A DNA stretch of 64,000 nucleotides from NCBI GenBank assembly GCA_963997925.1, contig CAXEOX010000004.1, forward strand, positions 1,097 to 65,096, in the 5' to 3' direction. The notes beneath the pieces were generated by a model. That model had not been told where the DNA came from, made no database searches, and saw only the letters and a program-made list of their open reading frames with translations. Within the stretch, counting starts at the first letter, position 1; each line of letters opens with the position of its first letter. Position numbers and translations under genes: made by a program. This document shows, one piece after another, positions 29,615-39,467 of this stretch. This stretch comes from an uncultured bacterium. Its GTDB lineage: Bacteria; Chloroflexota; Dehalococcoidia; Lucifugimonadales; UBA3495.

Positions 29615-29854
29615 TGCCGGGGCCTCCTACCGAGTCACGGGGTGAAACATTGGTGTTATGCAGCCGGACGAATGCTCATTCGCCAGACTGCCCCGCTTGT
29701 AACACTTTAACTGGTCGATGATGCGATTACCTTGCATCAATGTCAGTAACGAGCTTGCCAAATGGTTCACCATTGAGGGACCATGAACCGAGTATCTAGA
29801 GGTCCATCGGTCTGTTTCTTTACTAATTTAAAAAGTTTCTAAGACACCGACCAA

Positions 29855-29902
29855 ATACTAGATAGTGTATGTGCTGTGTACCCACCTACTAGCAATGGTA
29901 GG
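29855..29902 (-). promoter_or_regulatory. Two candidate NrdR boxes (29885-29902 and 29855-29870)
   Basis: Minus-strand reading gives CCTACCATTGCTAGTAGG and ATACACTATCTAGTAT. Both have the form (C/A)TAC-N8-GTA(G/T). Their centres are 31 bp apart. The first starts 5 nt downstream of the predicted -10. Confidence 0.45.
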
Positions 29903-29906
29903 CCGA

Positions 29907-29935
29907 ATTGTAGCGGGCGATATTTGGAAAGTCAA
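29907..29935 (-). promoter_or_regulatory. Predicted sigma-70 promoter of nrdJ
   Basis: Minus strand: TTGACT (29935-29930), 17-nt spacer, TACAAT (29912-29907). This implies a leader of roughly 285 nt. Confidence 0.55.
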
Positions 29936-30008
29936 GTAGACCCGGAACGAAAAAAGAGGACTTAGGAAATCGGTGGTGGGGCCGAATGGGTGGGGTAGTC
30001 GAAAACGG

Positions 30009-30059
30009 AAAAACTGCTCTCCTTGATGGCCCAGGTAAGGACCACGGAAGGCAGTTTTT
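30009..30059. terminator. Bidirectional-looking terminator hairpin between the nrdR operon and the nrdJ promoter
   Basis: AAAAACTGC...GCAGTTTTT encloses an imperfect extended stem. T-runs follow on both strands. Confidence 0.5.
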
Positions 30060-30192
30060 CTACGGTTGGTTCTATAGTTCTATATAGGAGACAACAGGGC
30101 TGCCAGCTGGTAAACCATATTGAGCATACGCCCGGGTTGCGAGGCGAATCGCCTCAGACCCGAAAGGCGTAGCCATAGGACCAGGCGAGTTG

Positions 30193-30411
30193 TTACTCCT
30201 CGGGCATTCCCAGCCAGCAGGTCATCAAGCTGGCGCGCACACCCTGATCGATCGCGTCTTGGGTTTCGGCGATACGGTTTGTCTTGTCGGTCTCGAAGCG
30301 GATGTGATGCTCTAGCCGCAGCCGGGGCAACTCCTCTTGTCGGAGCTGGGTTTCCAAGTCGTGAATCTCACTGTTCAGAGTAAGCAGCCTGGTTAGGACG
30401 GAAGATTGCAT
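30193..30411 (-). CDS. Small hypothetical coiled-coil protein (72 aa) coupled to nrdR
   Basis: ATG 30411 lies 1 nt after the nrdR stop (TAG-T-ATG). The sequence is heptad-like (LLTLNSEIHDLETQLRQEELPRLRLEH). The ORF track opens earlier, inside nrdR. Confidence 0.4.
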   Translation of the reverse strand: MQSSVLTRLLTLNSEIHDLETQLRQEELPRLRLEHHIRFETDKTNRIAETQDAIDQGVRASLMTCWLGMPEE

Positions 30412-30412
30412 A

Positions 30413-31027
30413 CTATTGTTTAACAACGTTGTCTCCTTCTGATTCGCTGGTTGACTGTTGAATATCGGTATCGCCGCCGCTCTTGGAGTTTCTACCCCTC
30501 TGACGAGCCCGGCCATTTGTGGACTTACGCCGTTTGGGGATGGCTTCTCCGGGCAGCACGTCCATCAAAGGTAGTTGGGTGTTCTCCTCTCTAAGGTCTT
30601 GCACCGCTTGCTCGAAGCTGTCGATATGCTGGAAATCCCGGTAAACGCTGGCATACCTTATATAAGCAACTCGATCCAGGTTCATCAGCCGGTCCATCAC
30701 CATGGAACCAAGGATGGATGTCGGCACCTCTACTTGACCCAGATGTTGTAGCTCCGCCTCTACGTCCTCCACCATTTTTTCGATGGTACGAGACGAGATA
30801 GGGCGCTTGGTGCAAGCCTTCCGGATCCCTACAATCAACTTCTCCCGATTGAATTCCTCCCGCCGCCCGTCGTGCTTGGACACCATCAGGACGGTGGCCT
30901 GAATCCTTTCATAAGTGGTGAATCGAAGGCCGCATTGCTGGCACTCCCGTCGGCGCCGGATGCCGTTTTCCACCACCCGGGAGTCGGTTACCTTGGAATC
31001 GTTAAATGCGCAGTAGGGACAATGCAT
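30413..31027 (-). CDS. nrdR: Transcriptional repressor NrdR with a roughly 50-aa basic, low-complexity C-terminal extension
   Basis: MHCPYCAFNDSKVTDSR...CQQCGLRFTTYE zinc ribbon plus an ATP-cone. The tail is ...KRRKSTNGRARQRGRNSKSGGD... Confidence 0.9.
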   Translation of the reverse strand: MHCPYCAFNDSKVTDSRVVENGIRRRRECQQCGLRFTTYERIQATVLMVSKHDGRREEFNREKLIVGIRKACTKRPISSRTIEKMVEDVEAELQHLGQVEVPTSILGSMVMDRLMNLDRVAYIRYASVYRDFQHIDSFEQAVQDLREENTQLPLMDVLPGEAIPKRRKSTNGRARQRGRNSKSGGDTDIQQSTSESEGDNVVKQ

Positions 31028-31069
31028 ATCTTGTTCGTTTTCTTAAAAAAATTTCGAAATCATTTAAGA

Positions 31070-31099
31070 ATACTACATACTGTGTAGTTTTTATGTCAA
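31070..31099 (-). promoter_or_regulatory. Predicted nrdR promoter overlapped by an inverted repeat
   Basis: Minus strand: TTGACA (31099-31094), 18-nt spacer, TAGTAT (31075-31070). The inverted repeat ACTACA-N5-TGTAGT (31072-31088) overlaps the spacer and -10. A second repeat, CTACC-N3-GGTAG, lies at 31101-31113. Confidence 0.4.
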
Positions 31100-31557
31100 A
31101 CTACCACCGGTAGTAGCACGATTGTATACTCGGCCATAACCAAAGTCAATAAAAACGTGCCGAAATCCGGCTTCCAGACTCCGAATCCATCGGGATTCGA
31201 TACGTTATGTCTGGCCGAACTGCCTCACAGGCATTCCTAAGCCACACGTGTCACGATTTTCGGAATATCTGGCGAGCGGAAATCGACGAAAACCTGTAAC
31301 ACCGTTTGTGGACTGGGTTTAATAGGTTGTGGTCGATTTTGAGGGTTGCGGAATGGCTTGGATGAGTATTCAAATCACATATGTGGTAGGGATCTACCTA
31401 GACAAAAAAGTAGAGGCCGCCCCGCGATGGGACGGCCTCGATAAGGTTCTCGGTGGCTATATGTTAATGGTTGCTAAGGAAAGGGTATTAGTGCTGCCCA
31501 CGCCTCCGAGAATATTCCTCAAATTTAGTGGAGCCACCGGCTCCGGTAAATTTTACC

Positions 31558-31592
31558 TGTGGCGCTTCCGGAAAAATTCCGGAAGCGCCACA
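31558..31592. terminator. Perfect 14-bp-stem hairpin just downstream of ftsZ
   Basis: TGTGGCGCTTCCGG-AAAAATT-CCGGAAGCGCCACA. A second minus-strand terminator-like hairpin, GAGGCCG...CGGCCTC plus a T-run, lies at about 31405-31436. Confidence 0.55.
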
Positions 31593-31612
31593 TTTATATA
31601 CGTCCAATTCGG

Positions 31613-32767
31613 CTATCGGAAGAATCCCCGGTTCCTGGAGGACGATTGGCGGCGCAGGAAGCTGGGAACGTCTAGTTCCTCTTCACTCTCAGGTATAACA
31701 TCCTGCAACAACCGTTCTAGGTCAGCCTCGCGAAGGTCGTCGTTCTCGGCCATGACCGGGAAGGACGCGGCTACCATGGTGATTTTAACTTCGTCGTCCA
31801 GCTTGGGATCGCGGGAGGTCCCGAAGATAATGTTGGCTTCGGGGTCTGACATGTCCTGGATGACGTTGGCGGCATCCTGAACCTCTTTGAGGCTCAGGGT
31901 TGGGCCGCCGCTGACCACGAACAGAATCCTCTTGGCTCCGTCCATGGCGATGTCCAGCAACGGGCTCTTGGTGGCCATCTTGGCCGCTTCCACTGCCCGG
32001 TTCTCGCCTTTGCCCCGGCCGATGGCCAGCCAAGCGGGTCCGGCGTTGCTGAGTATGGTCTTCACGTCGGCGAAGTCAACGTTAATCTCTCCGGGAACGG
32101 TGACGACCTCAGCGATGGCCTGGATGGCCTGCTGTAGCACTGAGTCGGCCATCTTGAGCGCGTCTTCCCAAGTGAATGTCTGCTCGTTCTGGGTATTCAT
32201 AGTGAGTAGCCGGTCGTTGGGGATGACGATTACAGTGTCTACATGGTCCCTTAGCCGGGCGATACCCTCTTCGGCGTTTTTACGTCGGCCATTCGCCTCA
32301 AATGAAAAGGGCTTGCTTACCACGGCCACGGTCAAAGCGCCCGATTCTTTGGCAATCTGGGCTACCACGGGAGCCGCTCCGGTGCCGGTGCCGCCGCCCA
32401 TGCCCACGGCCAGGAATACCATGTCGGAACCCTCAACGGCTTTCTCGATCTCCTGACGGCTCTCTTCCGCAGCCTGACGGCCCAGGTCGGGTTGTGCGCC
32501 CGAGCCGAGACCCCGAGTCAGGTTCTGGCCGATGGCGATCCGATGAGCTACGTCACACCGGAAAAGGTGTTGGGAGTCCGTATTAACGGCGTAGTATTCG
32601 ACAACGGGCAATTTTTCTTTGTACATCCGGCTAACGGCGTTGCTTCCGCCTCCGCCGATGCCCAATACTTTAATGTTCGGGACGCCGACGCCTACTTCGG
32701 GCATCATGTTCAAAGGATCCAAGTTTTCCCGTGCCGGCTCCCAAGACGCTGAGTTTTCCAATACCAT
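31613..32767 (-). CDS. ftsZ: Cell division GTPase FtsZ
   Basis: GIGGGGSNAV and the GGGTGTGAAPVVA tubulin signature. The C-terminal peptide is DVPSFLRR. Confidence 0.95.
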   Translation of the reverse strand: MVLENSASWEPARENLDPLNMMPEVGVGVPNIKVLGIGGGGSNAVSRMYKEKLPVVEYYAVNTDSQHLFRCDVAHRIAIGQNLTRGLGSGAQPDLGRQAAEESRQEIEKAVEGSDMVFLAVGMGGGTGTGAAPVVAQIAKESGALTVAVVSKPFSFEANGRRKNAEEGIARLRDHVDTVIVIPNDRLLTMNTQNEQTFTWEDALKMADSVLQQAIQAIAEVVTVPGEINVDFADVKTILSNAGPAWLAIGRGKGENRAVEAAKMATKSPLLDIAMDGAKRILFVVSGGPTLSLKEVQDAANVIQDMSDPEANIIFGTSRDPKLDDEVKITMVAASFPVMAENDDLREADLERLLQDVIPESEEELDVPSFLRRQSSSRNRGFFR

Positions 32768-32903
32768 GGTTTCCCCTCCACATCACGAGTTTTATCCTGA
32801 TTCACGTTGCTTGTTCCAGTATCAATTGGCGTCGCGATTCCAATCTGTTTGTCCATGCGGCGCCACTGCAATAAGGACTTCAGGCTGGGCTAAGCCACAG
32901 CGC

Positions 32904-34160
32904 TTACCCCACTTGAACGCCTTGTTCTTGTTTGCGACCTCCCATAAACCGCTCCCGAAACGACTTGTGTACCCTCGAGCTCCGGTTTCCGTTGCTATAG
33001 GAGCGCTTTTCCCCTTGGTGCTTGATTCCCCAAAGCAGCAGTCCCACAGCGGTGGAGGTGCTGGCTTTTTGTAATTGTGTAGGTAGCCCGGCGATTCCCT
33101 GAGGATGGGCCAACCTAACCGGACCGCCCAGAGTTTTCAGAGCCAGCTCACGTATCCCGGGCAACTCGGCGCATCCACCGGTGATAACCAGCCCACCGTT
33201 TGGAAGTTGGCGTAGTCCGGATTGACGGACGCGCAGGAGAATCTGTTTCAGCATCTCTACGACTCTTGCCTGCAGCGGCTCGCACAGATCCCTTCGCTTG
33301 GCGACCCTACGGGGCTGTCCTTGAAAGCTGGGCACTACCACTTCCTCATCGCCCCGGACCAAATCGGGCATCGCATGGCCCCACTTCATCTTTATGTCTT
33401 CCGCCAAGAAATAAGGGATGCGCATGGCCACGGCCAAATCTCTGGTGAGTTGATTACCGCCCACCGGTATCACTGCCGAGTACCAGGGATTACCCTGGCG
33501 ATAGATGATTAGATCGATGGTTCCCCCGCCGATATCCACCAGCACGGTACCCATCTCTTTTTCGTCGCCGGTCAGAGTCGCCTCGGCCGAAGCCAACGAT
33601 TCCACCACCAAGCTTCTAACAGAAACCCGGCTGGCCTCTACGGCCTTAACCGTGTTCCTTAGCGTGGCCGCGTCTCCTACTACGACGTGGGATTCTACGT
33701 TTATCTGCTTGGCATGAAGTCCGGTGGGATTTCGCACGGCTTCCATACCGTCCACTTCATACCCGATGGGGATCATGTGCAGAATCTCTTGGGTACTCTC
33801 CACTTGGGGAAAGGACGACCGGAGCAACTCCTCCAACTGCTGAGACCCAATATCCTCAGTGTCGCTGGGGTTCTCCATCACGTCTTTGGTGTTGAGACAG
33901 GTTATGTGGCTACCGCTGACGCCCGCGTACACGCCGGAAATGACTCCCCGGCCGATATAACGCTGGGCTTCTTCCAAGGAGGATTTAACAGCGACCTTAA
34001 CCTCGTCGATGTTGTCGATTCGGCCCTTCTGCATCCCTTGGGAGGTTACGATTCCTGTTCCCAGAATCTTCAGATCTCCCTCGGCGCCTACTCTTGCCAC
34101 GATAGAGCAGACCTTATTGCTGCCGATATCTACAGCCGTGTAGAACGTTTCTTTAGACAA
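32904..34160 (-). CDS. ftsA: Cell division protein FtsA
   Basis: Actin-like ATPase (AVDIGSNKV..., VDIGGGTIDL..., ITGGCAELPG). TTG start. Confidence 0.9.
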   Translation of the reverse strand: MSKETFYTAVDIGSNKVCSIVARVGAEGDLKILGTGIVTSQGMQKGRIDNIDEVKVAVKSSLEEAQRYIGRGVISGVYAGVSGSHITCLNTKDVMENPSDTEDIGSQQLEELLRSSFPQVESTQEILHMIPIGYEVDGMEAVRNPTGLHAKQINVESHVVVGDAATLRNTVKAVEASRVSVRSLVVESLASAEATLTGDEKEMGTVLVDIGGGTIDLIIYRQGNPWYSAVIPVGGNQLTRDLAVAMRIPYFLAEDIKMKWGHAMPDLVRGDEEVVVPSFQGQPRRVAKRRDLCEPLQARVVEMLKQILLRVRQSGLRQLPNGGLVITGGCAELPGIRELALKTLGGPVRLAHPQGIAGLPTQLQKASTSTAVGLLLWGIKHQGEKRSYSNGNRSSRVHKSFRERFMGGRKQEQGVQVG

Positions 34161-34203
34161 CTTGCCACCGTCCTTTCATCCTAGTTGGACCCTGTCGGTC
34201 CCT

Positions 34204-35220
34204 TCAGCGGCGCTCTGCTACCCGCATTCGGGCGCTGCGGCTACGTGGGTTACCGGTTACTTCTTCCGGAGTAGGTTTGATTACTCTGCGATTAACCAGA
34301 TTCACTGTTGGTTCGTGTTCGCAAACGCACACCGGGAATCCGGGAGGGCAGATACACATGGAGGACTCCCGCTGGAGAAACGTCTTCACTATTCTGTCTT
34401 CCAAGCTGTGATAGCTAATCACTGCCAGTCTTCCCGACGGTGCCAACAACTCGATAGCCGCCGACAACCCCGCCTCTACGTTGGTTAATTCATCGTTAAC
34501 TTCGATGCGGAGGGCCTGGAAGGTGCGTGTCGCCGGATGTACCCTACGGCCTTGCCTGGGCGACGGCCCCATGGCTGAAGCGACCAGAGAAGCCAGTTGA
34601 CCCGTGGAATTGACCGGGCGGTTCCTTACGATGGCCCGGGCGATCCGGCGGGACCTGGGTTCTTCTCCATATTCAAATATCACGTTGGCCAGGTCTTCTT
34701 CCGAATAATTGTTGACGACATCGTCAGCGGATAGAGGACCGTTGGGGTCAAAGCGCATATCCAGAGGTTCATCGGTCTGAAAACTGAACCCGTAGCCCGG
34801 CGTATCGAGCTGCCGCGAAGACAAACCCAAGTCCATGAGGACGCCGTCCACGCGATCGAACCCATGCTGGTTGGCCATAGCAACCATCTGGGTGTAGCTA
34901 CCTTGAAGAGGGATAAAGCGGTCGCCGAATCGCTCCAAGCGATCGGCAGCCCTGGCAAAGGAGCGGGGGTCGCGATCGATACCCAGAACCCGGCCTTCAG
35001 GAGTTGAGAGCTGGAGCAGCCCGGAAGAGTGGCCACCTTCGCCCAACGTCGCATCCAAATAGATGCCGCCGGGATGAACCAGTAGGCGCTCCAGCGTTTC
35101 CGCAAGGAGGACCGGCAGGTGGAAGCCCTGATTTTGGTCAACGGGACCGGTGGACTGTGTCACACCGCCACTCCAAAGGCCATCAAAAGGCTTTTCAATT
35201 GTCGATACCGCAAGAACCAC
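34204..35220 (-). CDS. rsmH: 16S rRNA (cytosine1402-N4)-methyltransferase
   Basis: HLPVLL.E...DATLGEGGHS...DLGLSS.QLD..., typical of RsmH/MraW. GTG start. Confidence 0.9.
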   Translation of the reverse strand: MVLAVSTIEKPFDGLWSGGVTQSTGPVDQNQGFHLPVLLAETLERLLVHPGGIYLDATLGEGGHSSGLLQLSTPEGRVLGIDRDPRSFARAADRLERFGDRFIPLQGSYTQMVAMANQHGFDRVDGVLMDLGLSSRQLDTPGYGFSFQTDEPLDMRFDPNGPLSADDVVNNYSEEDLANVIFEYGEEPRSRRIARAIVRNRPVNSTGQLASLVASAMGPSPRQGRRVHPATRTFQALRIEVNDELTNVEAGLSAAIELLAPSGRLAVISYHSLEDRIVKTFLQRESSMCICPPGFPVCVCEHEPTVNLVNRRVIKPTPEEVTGNPRSRSARMRVAERR

Positions 35221-35541
35221 CGTGTCTCCCAGAATGGCAATCCTCGGTCCTATCGGGGACCTGCAACTGCCGTTTTCAAACTGGTTTAGCTGCCCTATGA
35301 GTTACCAGGGGATAAAATCGAGATCCAGGTATCTCCCCTGACACCCTAAAGGGACTGCCGTTCCGGGATACATCGGCTCTCCTGCGAAATCGTCAGGTTA
35401 GCCAAGATTGGCCGGGCGCCGGTCGAAGTGCTCGGCCTGCGTCGGCGTTGATGCGTCAAGGAGATGGGGCTTTCGTCCGCCAAACCCTTTATCCACATCA
35501 TTTGCGCAAACTTACCAATCCGGGTATGTAAATGTCAACGG

Positions 35542-35596
35542 TTTTTAAGAATCTTTTTAAACCTTTTTTATGTTTTTACCAATTTTGGTCGTTTTC
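35542..35596. other. Six helically phased T-tracts (predicted intrinsic DNA curvature)
   Basis: T4-T6 runs start at 35542, 35554, 35564, 35573, 35583 and 35592, giving spacings of 12, 10, 9, 10 and 9 nt. They lie in the 700-bp rsmH/tig divergent gap. Confidence 0.6.
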
Positions 35597-35920
35597 CCAA
35601 TACTGCGGGAGGATTGCCGACCCCGAGGCATGGGACCATCACCGCACTTCATATATATAATGAAAGGGCGGAGTGGGCGGGCAAATGTCATAGCCCCAAC
35701 CTCTGAATCCGAACCGGACGCCAGGCCATCCACGCCGCCCAGTCAAGGCCGCGAGGCCGGAAACCTATTAACGAAGGGGTGGTTATGCTATACTGAGCCA
35801 TATTTCCAGTTCAGAAGTAGTCGTTGGTGTGGGGATGGGCGGGCAGTGTTCACTACTCTCGGCATTTCGCACATCAGCATCCCGTATAGCGGTATCTCTA
35901 TGGAACGGAGTTAGCCAACG

Positions 35921-37321
35921 GTGATCGTCACCAAGGAGTCCGAAACCCCCACAGATATCACTCTCAATGTATCCATGGCGTCCGAGGACGAAGAGCCCTT
36001 CATCGGGCGGTCTTACCGCCGGTTGGCGAGCAGGGTCAAGATTCCAGGGTTCCGCCCTGGTAAAGCCCCCAGGTCAATAGTAGAAAGCCATCTGGGCCGC
36101 ACCGCACTGGTTCAAGAGGCACTGGAGTTCATGATTCCGGAGACTCTGAATCAAGTCCTGAGCGATGAATCGATTCAGGCCTATGCCGACCCCCAGTTGG
36201 AACTATTGGAGATTGAACCGGTTTCGTTCAAGGCGATTGTTCCTCTGGAACCCCTAGTAGATCTGGGAGATTTCCGCAGTATCCACGTTGACCGGGAGCC
36301 AGTGGAAGTCACAGAAGAACAGGTGGACGAAGTCGTCGAACAGCTTCGGAACGAATCCGCCCCCTGGGATCCGGTGGAACGCCCCGTCCAATTCGGCGAC
36401 CTGCTGAACTTGAACGTCGACGGCACCATTGAAGGGGACCAAGCCATAAACGACAAAGGTGTCGACTTCATACCTGAAAAAGAAAATCCCATGCCCATGC
36501 CCGGCTTCTCAGCAGCCCTGGTGGGCATGACCGCCGGTGAAACCAAAGAGCTTTCACTCTTCGTTCCCGACGACCACAACCAGGAAGAGTACGCCGGCAA
36601 GGAATGCCAATTCAAAGTCGAAGTGCTCTCCATCAAAGAGAAGCTACTCCCCGAATTGGACGATGAATTCGCCAAGGGAATCAGAGACGGTTACGAAAGC
36701 CTGGAGGCACTAAAAGACTTCGTGCGCCAGCGTATAAAGGATGACGGCGAAGCCTCCGCGGATCGTCAGGCTCAGGAAGCCAGCGTGCAGGAGTTGCTCA
36801 AGACAGCCTCTGTCCAAGCCTCGGACCTGATTTACCAGCGCGAACTGGACCACATGTACGAAGAACGCGAGCGATCCTTGCGCAGCCAGCGTATGGACAT
36901 GGATACCTATCTCGGCTACATCGGAAAGACAGGCGAGGAATGGCGGGAGGAACTGCGGCCCAGAGCCGAGGAGCGGCTTAACACCTACTTGGTGCTAAGA
37001 AAGCTGGCTGAGGAAGAAAGCATCGAAATCTCCCCCGAAGACATTCAATCTGAGATAGACACCATCGTTGTCAATGCAGGCGATTCTGAGGAAACGATGA
37101 GAAATACTCTCTCCTCGGAAAGTGCCCACGAGTCCATCCGATCGTCCTTGGTGAACCGCCAAGTGATGGCCCGTTTACTAGAAATAACCGGCGCCGCGGC
37201 CCCTGGCTCAACCGATCAACCTGCCAATGAGGAAGAGGCCGAGGACTCCCAAGAAGAATCAGATGCGGCCGGTTCGCCGGACCCTGAAGAACCAGAACAA
37301 GGAGCAGAGCCAGATGCTTAA
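35921..37321 (+). CDS. tig: Trigger factor
   Basis: GFRPGKAP ribosome-binding signature and a 466-aa domain layout. GTG start. Acidic C-terminal tail. Confidence 0.9.
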   Translation: MIVTKESETPTDITLNVSMASEDEEPFIGRSYRRLASRVKIPGFRPGKAPRSIVESHLGRTALVQEALEFMIPETLNQVLSDESIQAYADPQLELLEIEPVSFKAIVPLEPLVDLGDFRSIHVDREPVEVTEEQVDEVVEQLRNESAPWDPVERPVQFGDLLNLNVDGTIEGDQAINDKGVDFIPEKENPMPMPGFSAALVGMTAGETKELSLFVPDDHNQEEYAGKECQFKVEVLSIKEKLLPELDDEFAKGIRDGYESLEALKDFVRQRIKDDGEASADRQAQEASVQELLKTASVQASDLIYQRELDHMYEERERSLRSQRMDMDTYLGYIGKTGEEWREELRPRAEERLNTYLVLRKLAEEESIEISPEDIQSEIDTIVVNAGDSEETMRNTLSSESAHESIRSSLVNRQVMARLLEITGAAAPGSTDQPANEEEAEDSQEESDAAGSPDPEEPEQGAEPDA

Positions 37322-38018
37322 TTACCCCCAAGACTCATCGATGAACCAGGTAAGTAACTTTGGCCAACAGGCCGGAGATAACGGATTATTCGTTCCCCAG
37401 AACATCATTCCCATGGTCATTGAGACCAGTCCTCGGGGGGAACGGGCATTCGATATCTACTCCCTTCTACTTAAAGAGCGAATCATCTTCTTGGGCACGC
37501 AGATCCACGACCAGATGGCGAACGTGATTATCGCCCAGCTCCTGTTCCTAGAACGGGAAGACCCTGACAAGAGCATAAGCATATACATCAATAGCCCCGG
37601 TGGCGTCATCAGTTCCGGATTGGCGATCTACGATACGATGCAACTGATTAAACCGGAAGTGTCCACCATTTGCCTGGGCATGACCGCCAGCATGGCCACC
37701 ATATTGCTCGCCGGCGGAGCCAAAGGAAAGCGGTACGCTTTGCCCAATTCCACTATCCACATGCACCAAGCGATGGGTGGCGCACAGGGTCAGGCCAGTG
37801 ACATCGAGATCGCAGCTCGGGAGATTCTCCGGTTACAGGATTCGATACGTACCCTACTGGTCAAGCATACTGGGCAGACCTACGACAAGATTACCCGTGA
37901 TACCGACCGGGATTTCTACCTCACCTCAGAGCAAGCCGTAGAATATTCCTTGGTCGATGAGATTCTTGGTGCCGCACCAGCCGAAGAGAATGGCACCGGT
38001 GAAGGTGACAAGACCTAG
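37314..38018 (+). CDS. clpP: ATP-dependent Clp protease proteolytic subunit
   Basis: [19 protein letters not shown], the GMTASMAT Ser region and the MHQ His region are present. ATG 37314 overlaps the tig stop, and ATG 37341 is also possible. The ORF track opens at 37227 inside tig. Confidence 0.9.
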   Translation: MLNYPQDSSMNQVSNFGQQAGDNGLFVPQNIIPMVIETSPRGERAFDIYSLLLKERIIFLGTQIHDQMANVIIAQLLFLEREDPDKSISIYINSPGGVISSGLAIYDTMQLIKPEVSTICLGMTASMATILLAGGAKGKRYALPNSTIHMHQAMGGAQGQASDIEIAAREILRLQDSIRTLLVKHTGQTYDKITRDTDRDFYLTSEQAVEYSLVDEILGAAPAEENGTGEGDKT

Positions 38019-38174
38019 TCCTGAACGACTCAAAGGCGATTCGATATAGCAAATTACATCCATTCGGCCTGCCCTAAGGCTCCGATTACAATTGATGCAC
38101 GGCAGACAAGGCGAACCCTAGGGTCGAAGGCATTGGAGTTGAATTCATAGATATCTTCGTAGTTCCGGGGGTGA

Positions 38175-39467
38175 GTGGTGGCCAGCAATAAAAATGCGCC
38201 TAGGCTTTCCCAGTGTTCGTTCTGCGAGAAAGCCCAGGCAAGGTCCCGAATGGTGATGGCTGGACAGGGAAGGGCGGCGGTCTGCTACGATTGTATCCAA
38301 GTTCTAGGCCAGTTGGTTGAAGACGAGGCCCCAAAGAAAAAGGTAGCGCGGGAAGATAACGGCCCACTGGTTCCTCGAAAGATCTACTCCAATCTAGATA
38401 CGTATGTTGTCGCTCAGGAACGCGCCAAAAAGATACTGAGCGTGGCCGTCTACAACCACTTCAAGCGTATATGGAACGGCAAGAACTCCTCGGATATAGA
38501 ACTCCAAAAGACCAACATTCTGCTTATGGGTCCCACCGGTTGCGGCAAGACCCTTCTGGCGGAAACCCTAGCACGCACTTTGGATGTCCCGTTCGCTGTT
38601 TGCGATGCCACGTCGCTTACCGAGTCTGGATATGTGGGGGAGGATGTGGAAAACATCCTCCTCCGTTTGATTCAGGCAGCCGATTGGGATGTCTCCCGAG
38701 CCGAGCACGGCATCATTTACATCGACGAGTTGGATAAAATCGCCCGGAAAGAGGGCGTGAACCGCTCCATCACCAGAGACGTATCCGGCGAAGGCGTCCA
38801 GCAAGAGCTGTTGAAGATTATCGAAGGATGCGTCGCCAACGTGCCGCCCCAGGGGGGCCGTAAACACCCGCACCAGGAATTTCTACAGATCGACACTCGC
38901 AACGTCCTGTTTATCTGTGGTGGCGCCTTTGATGGCTTGGACGAGATTGTCTCTAAAAGACTGGTCTCCAGCTCCTCCCGTGTCGGCTTCCTCGCCAGCG
39001 GCCGGAATGGGGAACAAGAGCCTAATAATCACCTGAGCGAAGTCACACCGGACGACCTCCTCCAGTTCGGATTTATTCCGGAAATGGTAGGGCGGCTGCC
39101 GGTAACCGTGTCGCTGGAACCCTTGGACAAAGACTCTCTGATCCGGGTGCTTACCGAGCCAAAGAACGCCATCGTAAAGCAGTACCAACAGTTATTCAGC
39201 ATGGACGGGGTAGAGCTGGAGTTCACTTCCGAAGGGTTGGAAGCCGGCGCTGAACGGGCATTGGCTCATCAGACCGGGGCCAGGAGCCTGCGTTACATCA
39301 TAGAAGAGACTTTGCTTGACGTGATGTACGAACTTCCTTCGTTGACCGATATCGTGCGGTGCGTGGTGGGACGGGAGGCGGTGGAAGGCAAGGCCGACCC
39401 TGCACTAATCACGGAGTCCGGCGAGACTCTGGACATCGACTTGGGGTTGGTGGAAAAGTCGGCTTAG
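38175..39467 (+). CDS. clpX: ATP-dependent Clp protease ATP-binding subunit ClpX
   Basis: N-terminal zinc ribbon CSFC...CYDC and Walker [12 protein letters not shown]. It also has the IGF-loop region and sensor motifs. GTG start. Confidence 0.95.
   Translation: MVASNKNAPRLSQCSFCEKAQARSRMVMAGQGRAAVCYDCIQVLGQLVEDEAPKKKVAREDNGPLVPRKIYSNLDTYVVAQERAKKILSVAVYNHFKRIWNGKNSSDIELQKTNILLMGPTGCGKTLLAETLARTLDVPFAVCDATSLTESGYVGEDVENILLRLIQAADWDVSRAEHGIIYIDELDKIARKEGVNRSITRDVSGEGVQQELLKIIEGCVANVPPQGGRKHPHQEFLQIDTRNVLFICGGAFDGLDEIVSKRLVSSSSRVGFLASGRNGEQEPNNHLSEVTPDDLLQFGFIPEMVGRLPVTVSLEPLDKDSLIRVLTEPKNAIVKQYQQLFSMDGVELEFTSEGLEAGAERALAHQTGARSLRYIIEETLLDVMYELPSLTDIVRCVVGREAVEGKADPALITESGETLDIDLGLVEKSA

Noticed and set aside
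29615-29900. A cobalamin riboswitch in the long nrdJ leader.
   Set aside because: I could not find the B12-box or the conserved core stretches. B12 riboswitches normally repress B12-independent RNRs rather than nrdJ. The long leader remains unexplained.
35489-35497. A perfect DnaA box TTATCCACA in an AT-rich 700-bp gap, as a possible oriC.
   Set aside because: I found only one perfect box and no cluster of near-matches. No dnaA, dnaN or other origin-linked genes are nearby. A single 9-mer match is expected by chance about once in a window of this size.
35464-35914. Two overlapping plus-strand ORFs (80 and 114 aa) in the rsmH-tig gap.
   Set aside because: They run through T-tract and promoter-like DNA. 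They have no RBS and no family resemblance.
39464-39467. clpX and the convergent formyltransferase gene overlap at their stop codons (TTAG read on both strands).
   Set aside because: This is a real but trivial compaction feature. There is no evidence of function beyond tight packing.
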